From Podarcis filfolensis (taxonomy: Eukaryota), in the NCBI GenBank assembly GCA_964270895.1, contig OZ185435.1: a stretch of 64,000 nt of DNA. One strand, 5' to 3'. The notes under the pieces were generated by a model. The model ran no database searches and was not told the DNA's origin. It saw only the letters and a program-made list of their open reading frames with translations. How positions within the stretch are numbered: position 1 is the stretch's first letter; each line of letters begins with the position of its first letter. This document shows, one piece after another, positions 12,172-23,982 of the stretch. Position numbers and translations under genes: made by a program.

Positions 12172-13680
12172 TATTTTGAGACTCATTCATCAAGTTTTAT
12201 TGTATCTGTTTTGCATGTCTTAGGCTTCCTGTGAGCATGCGGTTGTGCATTTCCTTCTCAGCAGCTCCTCTTCGGCCATAAAGCCAATGTAGATTGGCCC
12301 TTGAATTGATAATTGGTATATTCAAGGGGGAGCCCTCTTGCCGGATATTCCATTCCATATGGCCATCACCGTGTATTGAGATAGTGGATGCCATAGTTTA
12401 CTATGTAAAGAAATGATACGTCCTTCCTTTCTGTTCTCTTTCCCAATACATCTATAGAAGCTTGGTACACTAGTCAAAGAGAAAATACCCTCAGGAAAAC
12501 ATTTGTTCATACATTGTGTCATTGAATCACATCTGGCATAGAGTTTTGGCAATGCCTAATGGTCCAGTCCATTATTTTTCTTGTAGTAGGCAGTTTTTAT
12601 AAGGACTGGTAACTGTGTGTGCAAACCTCACAACAAAGTATCTGTGTATTCTTAAGCTGAAAATTGTCATAGACAATCTGCCAATGAACAGGATTTTTCA
12701 GCTTTCTCCAATGTTCTCAGGACCTGTGCTCAGAATGTAATTCGGCCTTTTAAGTTTTGTTATTTCAGCATATGATAAATTCCTCTCTGCTTTAAAAATT
12801 GATTCAGCTCATGAATAGCACCTATCAGGGTGGTTTATATAAGGAAGCCTCAAGTGTGTGAAATGCATGGAAATCTTATTCATGATGAGTGGGTTTGTTT
12901 TGTTTTGGCATTCATGCACTAGTCCTTCAGTGTGAATTGTTTTCTTTTTTCCCTGATAGAGGGAATATTTCCAAAAATAACGCTGCCGTAGGATTGTTTT
13001 GCTAGATGCTGTGTGGTGTGTTTTATTTATTTATTTTGAACCACCTTTCTAAATCATTATTTTACTCAAGGTTGCAAACGAAAGAAACTCAAAAGCCAAT
13101 TGCTAAAATACACTCAAAATCAACTGTTAATTAAAATAACCGAAGATTTCAAAGAAAGCATTTTTCAAAAAATAAAGAAATCACGTTCCAAACCAATGCC
13201 TAGGAATATGGGGTATTTAAAATGCAATCAAACCAACAATTCATGTTTTGCTAGATAGGCACATGATAGGAGCTGAAGATCACAAACTTTTCCTCTAAAC
13301 TTGCTAGAGAGAACTCTGTGAGAGACACTCCCACTGTGCCCTGATGGGGACTGGGAGTGGGCATAGCTATATATTCTCCAACTTGCCTGAGCACACCCTC
13401 TCCTGTTCTTTCCATCTCTTTCCACTCTGCTAACAATGTAACATCTGCATGTCTGACCGCCATTTTAAGTTAAACTTACGTATGTCTTTGTAACGGAATT
13501 ACCATTTTAAGCCTGCCTGAACAAAGCTGCTATTATTGTTATTCTTCAACAAGTTTTCTGAGTGAGTAAAATGTTATTTTTACCTTTTACAAGACTATTT
13601 TTTGTGTGATTGTTACTGGTATTTTAAGGGTGGGGGGAGATACCGGGGAAATCCAGTCTGCCTTAAAGCATCCTGAATTA

Positions 13681-14519
13681 CAGTGGTGCCTCGCAAGACG
13701 AAATTAATTCGTTCCGCGAATTTTTTCGTCTAGCGAACTTTTCGTCTTGCGAAGCACGAAATCCCATAGGAATGCATTGAAAATCAATTAATGCGTTCCT
13801 ATGGTCAAAAAAAGTCCAAACAAAGCCAAATTTGGTACAACAAGAGTTTATTAAGTGCTCTTTAAAGTCACACATACTGTAAAGAGCATTTCAAAATTCA
13901 AACCCAGAATTCTTTTTAAAAAACAGCAGAGTGGCCCAATGGTCACAGAAAATCATAAAAATGCAGGAAAAAAACCACAAGCTTCCAGATTCTTGCAAAC
14001 CCCTCCCCAACTGTTCCCCCAGCCACCCAGCACACAGAAATTCAAATCCAGATTTTTTTAAAAAAAAACAGCAGAGTGCCCCAATGGTCACAAAAAATCA
14101 TAAGAATGCAGAAAAAACACACACAAGCTTCCAGATTCTTGCAAACCCCTCCCCAACACCAAGTCCTTGAATTCCAAACACCCCAACCCAAAATCCAAAA
14201 CCCCCCAAAAAAGTTTTAAAAGCTTAACTTACCAAATGGCTGCAAAAGAAGTTTTGGAAAAGCTTCAAAAATCACCAAAGTCTTTAAAAACCTCAAAAAA
14301 AGCTACTATGTACACTGCGTTCTATGAGTTGCTCCTCGAAGTCAAGTCGCAACTGTATTAACGGTGTTAAGAAAAAGGAAACAAACTTGCAAGACGTTTT
14401 CGCCTTGCGAAGCAAGCCCATAGGGAAATTCGTCTTGCGAAGCAGCTCAAAAAACGGAAAACCCTTTCGTCTAGCGAGTTTTCCGTCTTGCGAGGTATTC
14501 GTCTTGCGGGGCACCACTG
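13681..14519. mobile_element. Larger non-autonomous Tc1/mariner (pogo-like) element, 839 bp
   Basis: 22-bp TIR CAGTGGTGCC(T/C)CGCAAGACGAA, TA TSD at 13679-80 and 14520-21; internal ~143-bp tandem duplication. Confidence 0.9.
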
Positions 14520-15699
14520 TACTTAAAACTAAAAGGCTAAAAGCAGCCTTTGTTTGTGAATTTCTCCCCCATCCATAGTGTCTAGTATTTCTGTTTTATT
14601 CAAGGTAGCTTGTTAATTTTAAACTATATTGGGGGGGGAATCAAACAAAATTAAAATAGGCAATCATGGCAGATAAAACACAGTCCTCAGATAGAGTTTT
14701 GCCTTCCTGGCAAGACAATAAATGAAACTTTTTCAGTGGTCAGAAGAAGATGAGCAGAGAGGACTTTGACCCATTCTGTTTCCTCATAGAAAATATTGAT
14801 AGACATTCTATGGCATCATAATTCTGAATGTCATGTTTATATTCAGAAGTATTAAATATTGTTTGCGCTATATTGGTTGAAGCTGCAGCTTAATCCTGGC
14901 AAATGGGGAAGTGTTGTGCTCTGTTCCACTCTTCTAACCTTACTGATGGATAGTAACTCCTTTCTTCCATTCTTCCATTCATCTACTAACATGAGGAAAA
15001 CCTCATATATTTCTTATATCATAGATTATATATTGATTACATGCTTTTTAAAAAAAATTCTAATACCCATGTTAATTATTATGCTGCACATTTTCTTGGC
15101 AACTATTGCAATAATTCTGAAACACATGTTATAAGAAAGGCCATGAATTAACATATTATTTTGCTTGTTCAAATCACCAAGATGCAACAAGTTATCATTC
15201 CCAGTGACTAGTTAGGGCAACCCAAAAGAAAGTGGTTGTACAGGATGTGGTCAGGATAATGAAAATGTATATCTGTGGTTGAGGCTCTCCAGCTTTCTGT
15301 CAGCATTGCTTAAGATGAACGTGTGAGGCATTTGATTTCTTCTAAAAATAGAAACTGAAGGAGAACCAATTTATATTCCTTTCTGTCATGCAAGGGAAAA
15401 CAAATTGGAAAGCTTTATAGAAATCCAGTTTTTGCTGGGAAGGTTTGACAGTTAATAGTAACAGATGTGTATAATGAATTTCTTGCCATTTTTGTGTCAA
15501 CACAGGGAAGTCCACAGGCCACCCAACCACCAGACTCACCAGGTAGTAAAATATTTGTATGTGGTTCACATCTTGCTTTTAGATATGAATTTAGTAACAC
15601 CCATACTGTACCACACTGATGGTACGTATAGTTCACTTCTTTGTACCCAGATTCAGGTAGGTAGCTATGCTGGTCTGACACAGTCAATATATATATATA

Positions 15700-15759
15700 A
15701 ATAATAATTGTCCAGTAGCACCTTAGAGACCAACTAAGTTTGTTCTTGGTATAAGCTTT
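15700..15759 (-). mobile_element. Penelope-like pLTR fragment
   Basis: CCAGTAGCACCTTAGAGACCAACTAAG...GGTATAAGCTTT matches copies at 23851 and 35625. Confidence 0.7.
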
Positions 15760-16839
15760 GTACCAAAAAAGAGATGTAAATAATCCCCCCCCAATATAGA
15801 TTTGATCAAGAAAACCAATTTCTGACCCAGAAGGAGACAGACACTTCTCCCATCTAGGATGTAGCTGCCCCAGATGAGAAAGCTGGGCTTCTACCTTCAG
15901 GTTGGTATCTAAAATTTCAGTTGCACCCCATGCAATGCCAAAATCTGGTGCCCCCACCTCTTCCTTCAATGTCATAGTTGTGGTGCTTGCTGCTGCACTC
16001 CTGAAGTTTCGTGCTACCAAACCAGTTGTATTCCCCCAGATCTTCCTTTGTCAACCTCCCATCTCCCCAGGTTGAGCACCAGCCAACCACTGGGGTGGAG
16101 ATAGCAGAGCAGAACCTGGTCATCTAAAACCTGGTGGTGCTCCTATCACTGGGAAGAAACACATCATCCCCACTGCTGTGGGTGTTTGTACACTCAATAG
16201 GCTCATGAGTAATCTCAACCTGCCCCAAAGATTGGCACATGGGGGTGTCAACCCATTGATAATTCCACTGCTTCCCTGAAGTTCTAAACTCCTTGCCCTG
16301 ATCATGGACTTCTTAAACTTGGACAGCTTCTTTTAGTCTGTCTAGCCTTGCCTTACCTGTCACCTAGCCTAAGAGTAGCTGCTGCTGTGACCTCACTACC
16401 CTTTTATTTTTTATTTTTCTGCGGAGGGGGGAGGAAGTGGCATTTGAAGGGCTCTCTACAGTTAAATGCTATACGTTCCTCAACCTGAACTTCCCTCCTC
16501 CTCTACTTTACTAAATACACCTTTCACCCTTCAGGGAGGACAAGACAGACAAAGACTGAGGGCTTCTTCAGACTTCTGCTTGTCACGCAACTTTCCCCCG
16601 TGGAAACCCAATCTTTACCACTGAATCCGAGCAAACGTCAATGGGGTTTTCCATGGGCTGGTGCTTGCTCCGATTCTGCACCACTTTGAGGGGAAAGTGG
16701 TGGGGCAAACAGAAAACCACTCAGACCCATGCATTCTTGGCATGGGAGTAGCAGAAGTCTGAACCCTTAGAATGGGATGGGATGGTACTGAAGCTGTATC
16801 CCAACATAAATAGAAGATTGGAAGCTGCCATATTGATCT

Positions 16840-16982
16840 ACCTAGATCAGCATAGTTTAGACTGGCAACAACTCTCCAAAGTTTCAAACACGAGCCTATT
16901 CCAGCCCTAACTGGGAATGCCAGGGGTTGAGTTTGGGACTACTTGCATTAAACTCGTGTTCTCTACCACTGAGCTATGGCTC
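16840..16982 (-). mobile_element. tRNA-derived SINE (degenerate)
   Basis: Minus strand begins GAGCCATAGCTCAGTGGTAGAG; same family as 53950. Confidence 0.55.
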
Positions 16983-17767
16983 TTCCGCTTTTGTTTTTCT
17001 TGACAACAATTCTCTTTTTAAATAGACATGCAAAGAGTACAACTTCCACAGCTGCTCAGCCAACATTATACTCTGGTGAATGCAGGGGCACAAAAGAATA
17101 TCTGAGAAGATTTAAAAGAAGAGCTTAACATTTGGCTTACATTTGCTGACAGTCCCTGACAATGGCTTACACGGTAAGGTACATCTTTATCAGTTGATTA
17201 TATTTTACAACATGATAGGAAATGTTCACAAACCTCATCAAATGCTCACAACCTGTGCTCTCTTATCTACATTAATACACTTCCATACCACTGGAATGTG
17301 CCAGGACAGCTCTTTTAGGGGACCTGGGTTATGCCTATGTACTAGATAATTGATTATTGCTTCTTTGAGCTAGATAAATTATGGAAGTGGAAGGAGATAG
17401 GAATTGCAAGTAGCTGGTATTCCCCATGCGATGAGACGGGTACATAGAGTGCAATTTAAAAAGCTTTTAAGTGATGCCTTTATCTGTATTGGCATTGCTG
17501 TTTACGGTCCCCAAAGGTGTCTATATAACTTCCCTTCTGATCTAGCCATATTTCTCCACAGCATTATTTAAATCCTTGCAAAGTGCAGTCTCACTCTGTA
17601 ATGTAGAAATCTGCCAAGAACAGACAGAGAAATGATTTTTGAAAGTTTCTTAAATGATGCAGTTTTGAAATCGGGAGAAAACTCACTGTCATCTAAGGGC
17701 AGACATAGTTGCATCAGCACATATCACCATCCTAATGATATGCGAATGCCTGCAACTTCACATCGCT

Positions 17768-18049
17768 TAGGGTTGCCATATTTCAAAAAGTAAAAACCAG
17801 GACACCCCAAAAGTTGAACTTTTTTTAGGAAGACTCCAAAAATTGTTGAGCTTATTCTTTTAGGAAATCCCCCCATTTTTTTTTAGACAAACTGGAAAGT
17901 TGTTGAGCTTTATTTTTACAAAAAGGCCCCCAAAATGCAATTTTTCATATGACTTGCCTAAGATCCAGGACAAAGTGCCACATTTCGGAAGTTTCCCCGG
18001 GACGTCAATTCCGCCTTTGAAATCTTGGTAAAGATGTATGGCAGCCCTA
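17768..18049. mobile_element. hAT-type MITE (TAGGGTTGCCATA termini)
   Basis: 13-bp TIR with one mismatch; 8-bp TSD ACATCGCT/ACATTGCT. Confidence 0.8.
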
Positions 18050-18412
18050 ACATTGCTGCTTCCTATGTTTATGCGGCCTTTAGCAAGTCACTAGCTAAGA
18101 ACATAGCAATTGCCATACTGGATCAAACGAAAGATCCATGTGGCCTCCTCATCAGATTCTAAAAGTGGGCAGCCAAATTGTAAGTCCACAGAGAAGCAAA
18201 TAAACAGACCATTCTTATATAGTCCATCTATGAACCCAGAAGGTAATTCCTAGCTGTTTTGGGGGTTATTCATTGATCATCTAGAGTCACCTGTGTGCTA
18301 TTGTGATGTGATCATGTGCAACTAAGTGCTGAACAGTGCTCGCCCTGCAGAGCACACTGCACCTAGAACAACTATTTTCTATGTCATTGGTCTTCAGCTG
18401 GTGGGTTAAGAC

Positions 18413-18548
18413 CAGGCATAGGCAACCTTCGGCCCTCTAGATGTTTTGGACTACAATTCCCATCATCCCTGACCACTGGTCCTGTTAGCTAGGGATCATG
18501 GGAGTTGTAGGCCGAAACATCTGGAGGGCTGAAGGTTGCCTATGCCTG
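18413..18548. mobile_element. hAT MITE, 136 bp
   Basis: TIR CAGGCATAGGCAACC; perfect 8-bp TSD GTTAAGAC (18405-12, 18549-56). Confidence 0.92.
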
Positions 18549-19443
18549 GTTAAGACCCTCTGTCATGTCATGATTTGATCTAATGCAACAGCAGCAGCAC
18601 CAACATGCAAATGTAGGGTAAAAAGAAATGGCTCCCCAAATGAAAGTGGGTCTAGGTTGAACGATTAATGTTCTCAATGGCCCGTTGACTTCTGCAAAAG
18701 TAGCTCAGAATCAATGGCTTGGAAATCATCACCATTGGTTATTTGTGACAGGAACAGTACTCTCAATTATCGTATTTCACCCACAAACCATTTTCACATA
18801 ATGTTCTGATTATTTATTACAGTGTATAACTCTCAAATGACAAAGTCAGTCAATTAAAAATTCTAAAAGTGGGATTTGAACATTACAGAGAAGAGGGGAG
18901 AGATCAGTCAGACTGTACAAACTGCAAGCCTGATTAGAGTATGTTTTTTTCTGTTTCCCAGGTAATCGCAGCAATAATCCTGGGCTTCTTGTTTTATCTA
19001 GCAATCACAGGAAGTTCCAGCCATCATTCATAATAACAGTAACATTTGTCAATTTAATCTCAACTGTGTAAACAAAGAGGCTGAAAGCAATTTCTTCTGT
19101 GGCCTCTTTTGGGTAGGCTGCAGATTGATTACTACTTGGCAACATGTAGTTTAGATGTATTTAATGTAATTATTTAGCAAGGAAATGGTTGTACATTTTT
19201 AAACTTTTTTCAAGGTAGTGATTGCCACTTCATTTCCTCACTTGTTTTCATGTACACAGAAATGCAAGCAATTGGGCAGGTTTTCAGCAACTGGGACCGC
19301 ATGTTTTCTGCTCTTGCAGTCAAAGAGAGAGGGGGTCTTCACACACACAGGAAGAATATTCTTCATTTAAGTATTTCAAATGGCAAATTATCCTCCTCAC
19401 CTCTGTTGCCTTGGCAATGTTCCTGCATGATGTTAACCTAATA

Positions 19444-19445
<2 letters not shown>

Positions 19446-19495
<50 letters not shown>

Positions 19496-19501
19496 TGTGT
19501 G
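19446..19501. repeat. Compound (TC)n(GT)n microsatellite
   Basis: Seen directly. Confidence 0.95.
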
Positions 19502-21259
19502 AATTATATTCTGCCTTTTTGTCCCATTACTGTGATGTCCAAGGCAGCTCAGAACAATGGAAAAAACCAAAACACCTAGGACATGAATTTTTAAAAGCAC
19601 CTGAACTCAGCTCACCCTCATTGGTGGGTAGTGTTGTGGCCAGCCCCCAGCCCCACAAGTGATCTGACAAATGGCAGGTTGAATTGCTCAGCTGCCAGCT
19701 ATTGGCTAATGCCGGCAGCCCTTGGACGGGTGTTTGCCTAACAGCAGGCCCAACCAGCCAATGGGGATGCTTGGGCCTGCCCCTAGGGGTCATTAAATTG
19801 TGGCTTGCCCTGCAGTCTTTCCTGCCTGAACAGATAAAGCAGACAAAACACATGTTTAAAACTAGGGCATAAGAAACTTAACACAGACTTTACTGGGCAT
19901 TTAAATGCCATCACAGAGTAGGCCAGAAATATCTTCCAGGGCAGAGAGTTCCACAGCTTGATGGAAGACCCTCTTTTATGTACTGACCCAGTCACCTCTC
20001 TGCTAATGATGAAATGTTGTGTAGGGCCTTCCCTGATGCCCTGTGTGGATTAGAATGATCTTGTGGAAGAAGATGGTGCTTTAACTATACAGCCTCCCCA
20101 AGATTCTAGGTTCTCCATTTCCCACTAGATGAAGTTTGTGAACACTTCTTGCTCTTGCTCACAACCATCACTTGACCACCCAGGAGTAAAGCTGGGTCTA
20201 GGAGCCTACCAAAAATGCAAACCTGATTCTTTAAGGGAAATGTGCTTCTATTCCAAACAGGCTGTATCCCTAGTCACACACCATCAGTCATACCACAAGA
20301 GTATTTCTTTTTTAACAAGAGTAAGTGTCCATTGATAACCCACACCCAGTCCATCACAGGTCTCAGGAACCGAATTAATACCTTCCTGGGGTGTAATGAA
20401 AAGAAGAGATAGAGTTGGCATCGAGCTGTTTGCCAGAAAAACCTGAACCTTACTGGGGGGAAACTAGGAAAGGAATCAATCTTAAAGACAGAACAGCTTT
20501 TACCAGGTGTTGTAACTAATTGCCTGGAATAATGATATACTGCCTAGCAAGAAAGTTATAGTAGAATGGCTCAAATTAAAAGCAAGTAATGATGACAAAG
20601 GGAACTTAGTTACAACGACTTCAAGGAATTTCCAGGAGTTTCCTACTTGTAAACCTATCCAGAAAGTTGATAAATGGATTCTTTTGAACTTGATTGGTCA
20701 GTTGCCAGGAGTTGAAAAATGTATTGAGTTGTACTTCTTCTTTCCAATGTAAAGTGTATAAAAAGAGAATGTTAGTTTCATTGCATACCCAGGCGCATGG
20801 TGCCTGCTGCTCAGTGCAGAGTCCTAGCATGGAATAAGACACAGGACATTGGTGTTGAGTTGAAATATGCCACAACCTTTATTGATTACAGATGGAAGAA
20901 GGCTGTGGCCAAGCATTTTGTATATAACCAGTATCAAGCACCCTGACTGTTGGTTGATAAGTAGGTGTCGATCAACCCTGACTAGGAGTGACCCCTTGAC
21001 TTGTATCAGGTGCTACAAACCCACCAAGGCTGCCACTGGGAAGAGTGCAGTGGCCCCTTGGCCCCTGTGTGGGCTCCTGAACAGAGACAGTCCTTCCTAG
21101 AGTCCTTTACCAGGGTACCCGATCAGCTAAGGATACAACCCTGTGCCTTAATCCCCAAAGTTGTGATGTTTGATATGAGGTAGGCAAAAACCTGCAGACC
21201 AGTCAATTTGTCTGCAGGAAAAAAATCCTTCCTGGCCCCAAATACGGCAACTGAGTATA

Positions 21260-21479
21260 CAGTGGTACCTCTGGTTACGGATTTAATTCATTTCAGGGTG
21301 CCGTGCGCACCCCAAAAAATCAGCAGCTAGAGGCACTGCTTCTGTGCACACACATGGCGCGCAGAGAGCTTCTGTGCATGCGCCAGCTGAGAAACCTGGA
21401 AGTATACACTTTCGGGTTTGCCACGGCCGCAACCTGAAGATTTTGTAACCTGGAGGTTATGCAACACAAGGTACCACTG
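21260..21479. mobile_element. Tc1/mariner MITE, second subfamily
   Basis: CAGTGGTACC TIRs with TA TSD; internal sequence differs from the 5786 family. Confidence 0.85.
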
Positions 21480-21499
21480 TACTATAGTAAGATCTACAC

Positions 21500-21635
21500 C
21501 AGGCATCCCCAACCTTCGGCCCTCCAGATGTTTTGGACTACAATTCCCACCATCCCTGACCACTGGTCCTGTTAGCTAGGGACCATGGGAGTTGTAGGCC
21601 AAAACATCTGGAGGGCCACAGGTTGGGGATGCCTG
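21500..21635. mobile_element. hAT MITE, 136 bp
   Basis: TIR CAGGCATCCCCAACC; TSD ATCTACAC/GTCTACAC; interior near-identical to 18413. Confidence 0.9.
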
Positions 21636-21679
21636 GTCTACACTGTCTACACTTCCCTGCCCACTCAACCTCAGGCAGG

Positions 21680-21930
21680 ATGGCTGAATGCAAAGGAGGG
21701 GTGGGAGGCACCAGCTGGGAAAACCCCAAGGGAACCTCCAAGGGAAGAAGGTTCAGAGCCAATAGATTGGTGGGATGACAATGAATGGTCAGAGGAAAGA
21801 GACGAGGCAGACTGGGAGAAGAAGGTGCCAGAAGCTGAAGAAGCAACAGGGTTTTGTGGGCAGGAAGAGCCTGTGTCCAGAATCAGAGGCAGAAGAGGAA
21901 GCTGGGGAGGAGAGGGGCCAAGAGGCAGAG
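21680..21930 (+). mobile_element. Purine-rich LTR-like fragment
   Basis: GA-rich block resembling lizard Gypsy-type LTR sequence; termini not found. Confidence 0.4.
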
Positions 21931-23065
21931 CCTCTTCCTGGCCCCAAATATGGCAAAAGTGTAAAAACAATGGGCTGTGCGTGTCACATAAAAGAAAGGA
22001 GTGGGGAGGGAGAACATGCACAAATAGATGTCCTCTTCAGTCAGGGAAATCTTTCCACTGTGAGCAGCCCCCTGTCTGAAAAGGGTGAACTCTCAAGGTG
22101 TGGACTGAGCTGACAGACAGCTGGCATGAGCCGCGCCATCTAAGGCACCAAGCTGAGAAACAGTAGATAGAGAAGCAGTAAGTGGACAGAAACCCCATGC
22201 ACGCACGCATACACGCACATGCACACACACCACATTCTCTTGTAGGACATCACTTCTTTAATTCAAAAAGGCATTCTCAGTACAGCTGCCTTTTCTATAA
22301 CCTGATGTGTAAGAAGCCCAAGCAGTCAGTAAGCCTCTAACAGAGATAATCTGCTCTTTGACATCCCAGTTGCTACCCTAAATGCATTTACTCATGATTA
22401 TGTTCCATAGATTTCAGTGGGATTTATTCATTCATAAATGCAGGGCCTGAATCCTTTTAAAAATTAAAGGCAGACTGGTGCCCAATTGATGTATTCTGCA
22501 GTGGTTTGGGAGAAACAGTAATGAAGCGCTAGGGAAATGTTTGAATGCATATTATTTGTTTCTACAGTTGTAAGATTCAGTGGGAATAAATGGGAGAGTC
22601 TCTGTTAATATAAATAAAAGAGTTTCTTCTATGTCATGACACATGATGATGCATAAATTGATTTTAGCAGCAGCATCATATAGTTGGGACACTTATTAAC
22701 AATATGCCATTTTTGTGAGGGCAGGATTTTCCAGGTTGCTTTTCTTTATATGCTATTCCCATGTTAGTACACTAGTTAATACATAACAGACTGACCAGAA
22801 TTTCAAATATTGCTGTTGAATTATCACCATTCTCCATTCAAATTCCTAACTGGCTGAATGTTGCAGTAAGAGGTACTGTCAACTTTCTGTGGGATGATTA
22901 GTGAGGAGAATGCCTTCTCTGAGTTGGAAAATTGTTAAAACACAGCAAAACAAAGGAAACGGACTGGGACTTACTGATTCTACCACACTAAAAGAGGCCA
23001 CAGCGCCACCCTTCAAATTACAGACCAAAAGCCCAGGTAAAAAGAAGAGTCATAACCTGGTGCCA

Positions 23066-23066
<1 letters not shown>

Positions 23067-23116
<50 letters not shown>

Positions 23117-23520
23117 TAATAATAATAATAATAATAATAATATAATAAACCTTTATTGTCACTACATCACCTGTGTGCAGTGAAATTAAACGAGCCCCCC
23201 CCCATACACTCAGTCTTGTTCGCACTCTGTGTGCTTGTTGGAAGTCAGTTGCACCACTATTTTTTTCCATTCAACAGCCCACAGATAAAAACTGTTCTTT
23301 AACCTGTTGGTGCGGCTAACTATACTTCTGTATCTCCTGTCCGAAGGTAGGAGATTAAAGAGTTGCTGTCTGGGGTGTGAGTCATCCCTGAGAATTTTCC
23401 TCACTCTCCTGAGGCAGTGGTCTCCTGCGATGTCATCTAGCGAATTCAGGGGACAGCCCATGATGTCATGTGCTGTATTCACGACCCTCTGTAGGGGCGT
23501 CCTGTCCGTGGCTGTGGAAT
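23067..23520 (-). mobile_element. Rex1/Babar LINE 3' fragment with (TAT)n tail
   Basis: LQRVVNTAHDIMGC...DDSHPRQQLFNLLPSDRRYRSIVSRTNRLKNSF matches the Rex1 C-terminal motif; AATAAA at 23152-57 then trinucleotide tail. Confidence 0.85.
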
Positions 23521-23544
23521 TAGTAAACAAGAGGAATTAAGACT

Positions 23545-23632
23545 AAGAGAGCTGAGGGGTGGGGGCTGCTCGTGTAATCTCACTGTATACAAGTTGTACA
23601 AGTGACAATAAAGTATTTCATTCAATTCAATT
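23545..23632 (+). mobile_element. Second Rex1-like 3' end, opposite orientation
   Basis: GCTCGTGTAATCTCACTG...GTGACAATAAAG aligns by eye with the 3' UTR of the neighbouring minus copy; (TTCAA)n tail. Confidence 0.6.
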
Positions 23633-23850
23633 CCAGTGTGTGGCATTGCCACTTGTCTTCCCCACCCTGGGGCAGAGAAGGTGAGTGGCAACACTTGTGG
23701 AACACTCCAGCTCTCACTGAGTTCAGCAACGGCGGGGGGGCTTTCCAGCAGCAGTGGTAGTGGGACATGGCATGGCAGTGGGTAACACATCCCTGTTTTG
23801 CCTCAAGTGGCAAAACAGAACAGGCTTTCCCTGACTGTGACTATATAAGT

Positions 23851-23982
23851 TACAGATAGGTAGCCGTGTTGGTCTGCCAACACGGTGTGTATCTGAAGAA
23901 GTGTGCATGCACACGAAAGCTCATACCAAGAACTAACTTAGTTGGTCTTTAAGGTGCTACTAGAAGAAATTTTTTTTGTTGT
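23851..23982 (+). mobile_element. Penelope-like element pLTR
   Basis: CTGAAGAAGTGTGCATGCACACGAAAGCTCATACC core; 15-bp flanking direct repeat TGTGACTATATAAGT (23836-50, 23983-97). Confidence 0.85.
23889..23926 (+). ncRNA. Minimal type I hammerhead ribozyme motif
   Basis: GUAU-CUGAAGA-(A)-GUGUGC AU GCACAC-GAA-AGCU-C-AUAC: stem I GUAU/AUAC, 6-bp stem II, palindromic AGCU stem III, UC cleavage site. Confidence 0.65.

Noticed and set aside
13251-13463. 70-aa ATG ORF with protein-like composition
   Set aside because: No motif recognised; short enough to be chance, and the ATG coincides with a YY1-type motif
21585-22079. 164-aa acidic/Trp-rich ORF
   Set aside because: Chance open frame across a hAT MITE and a purine-rich LTR-like fragment
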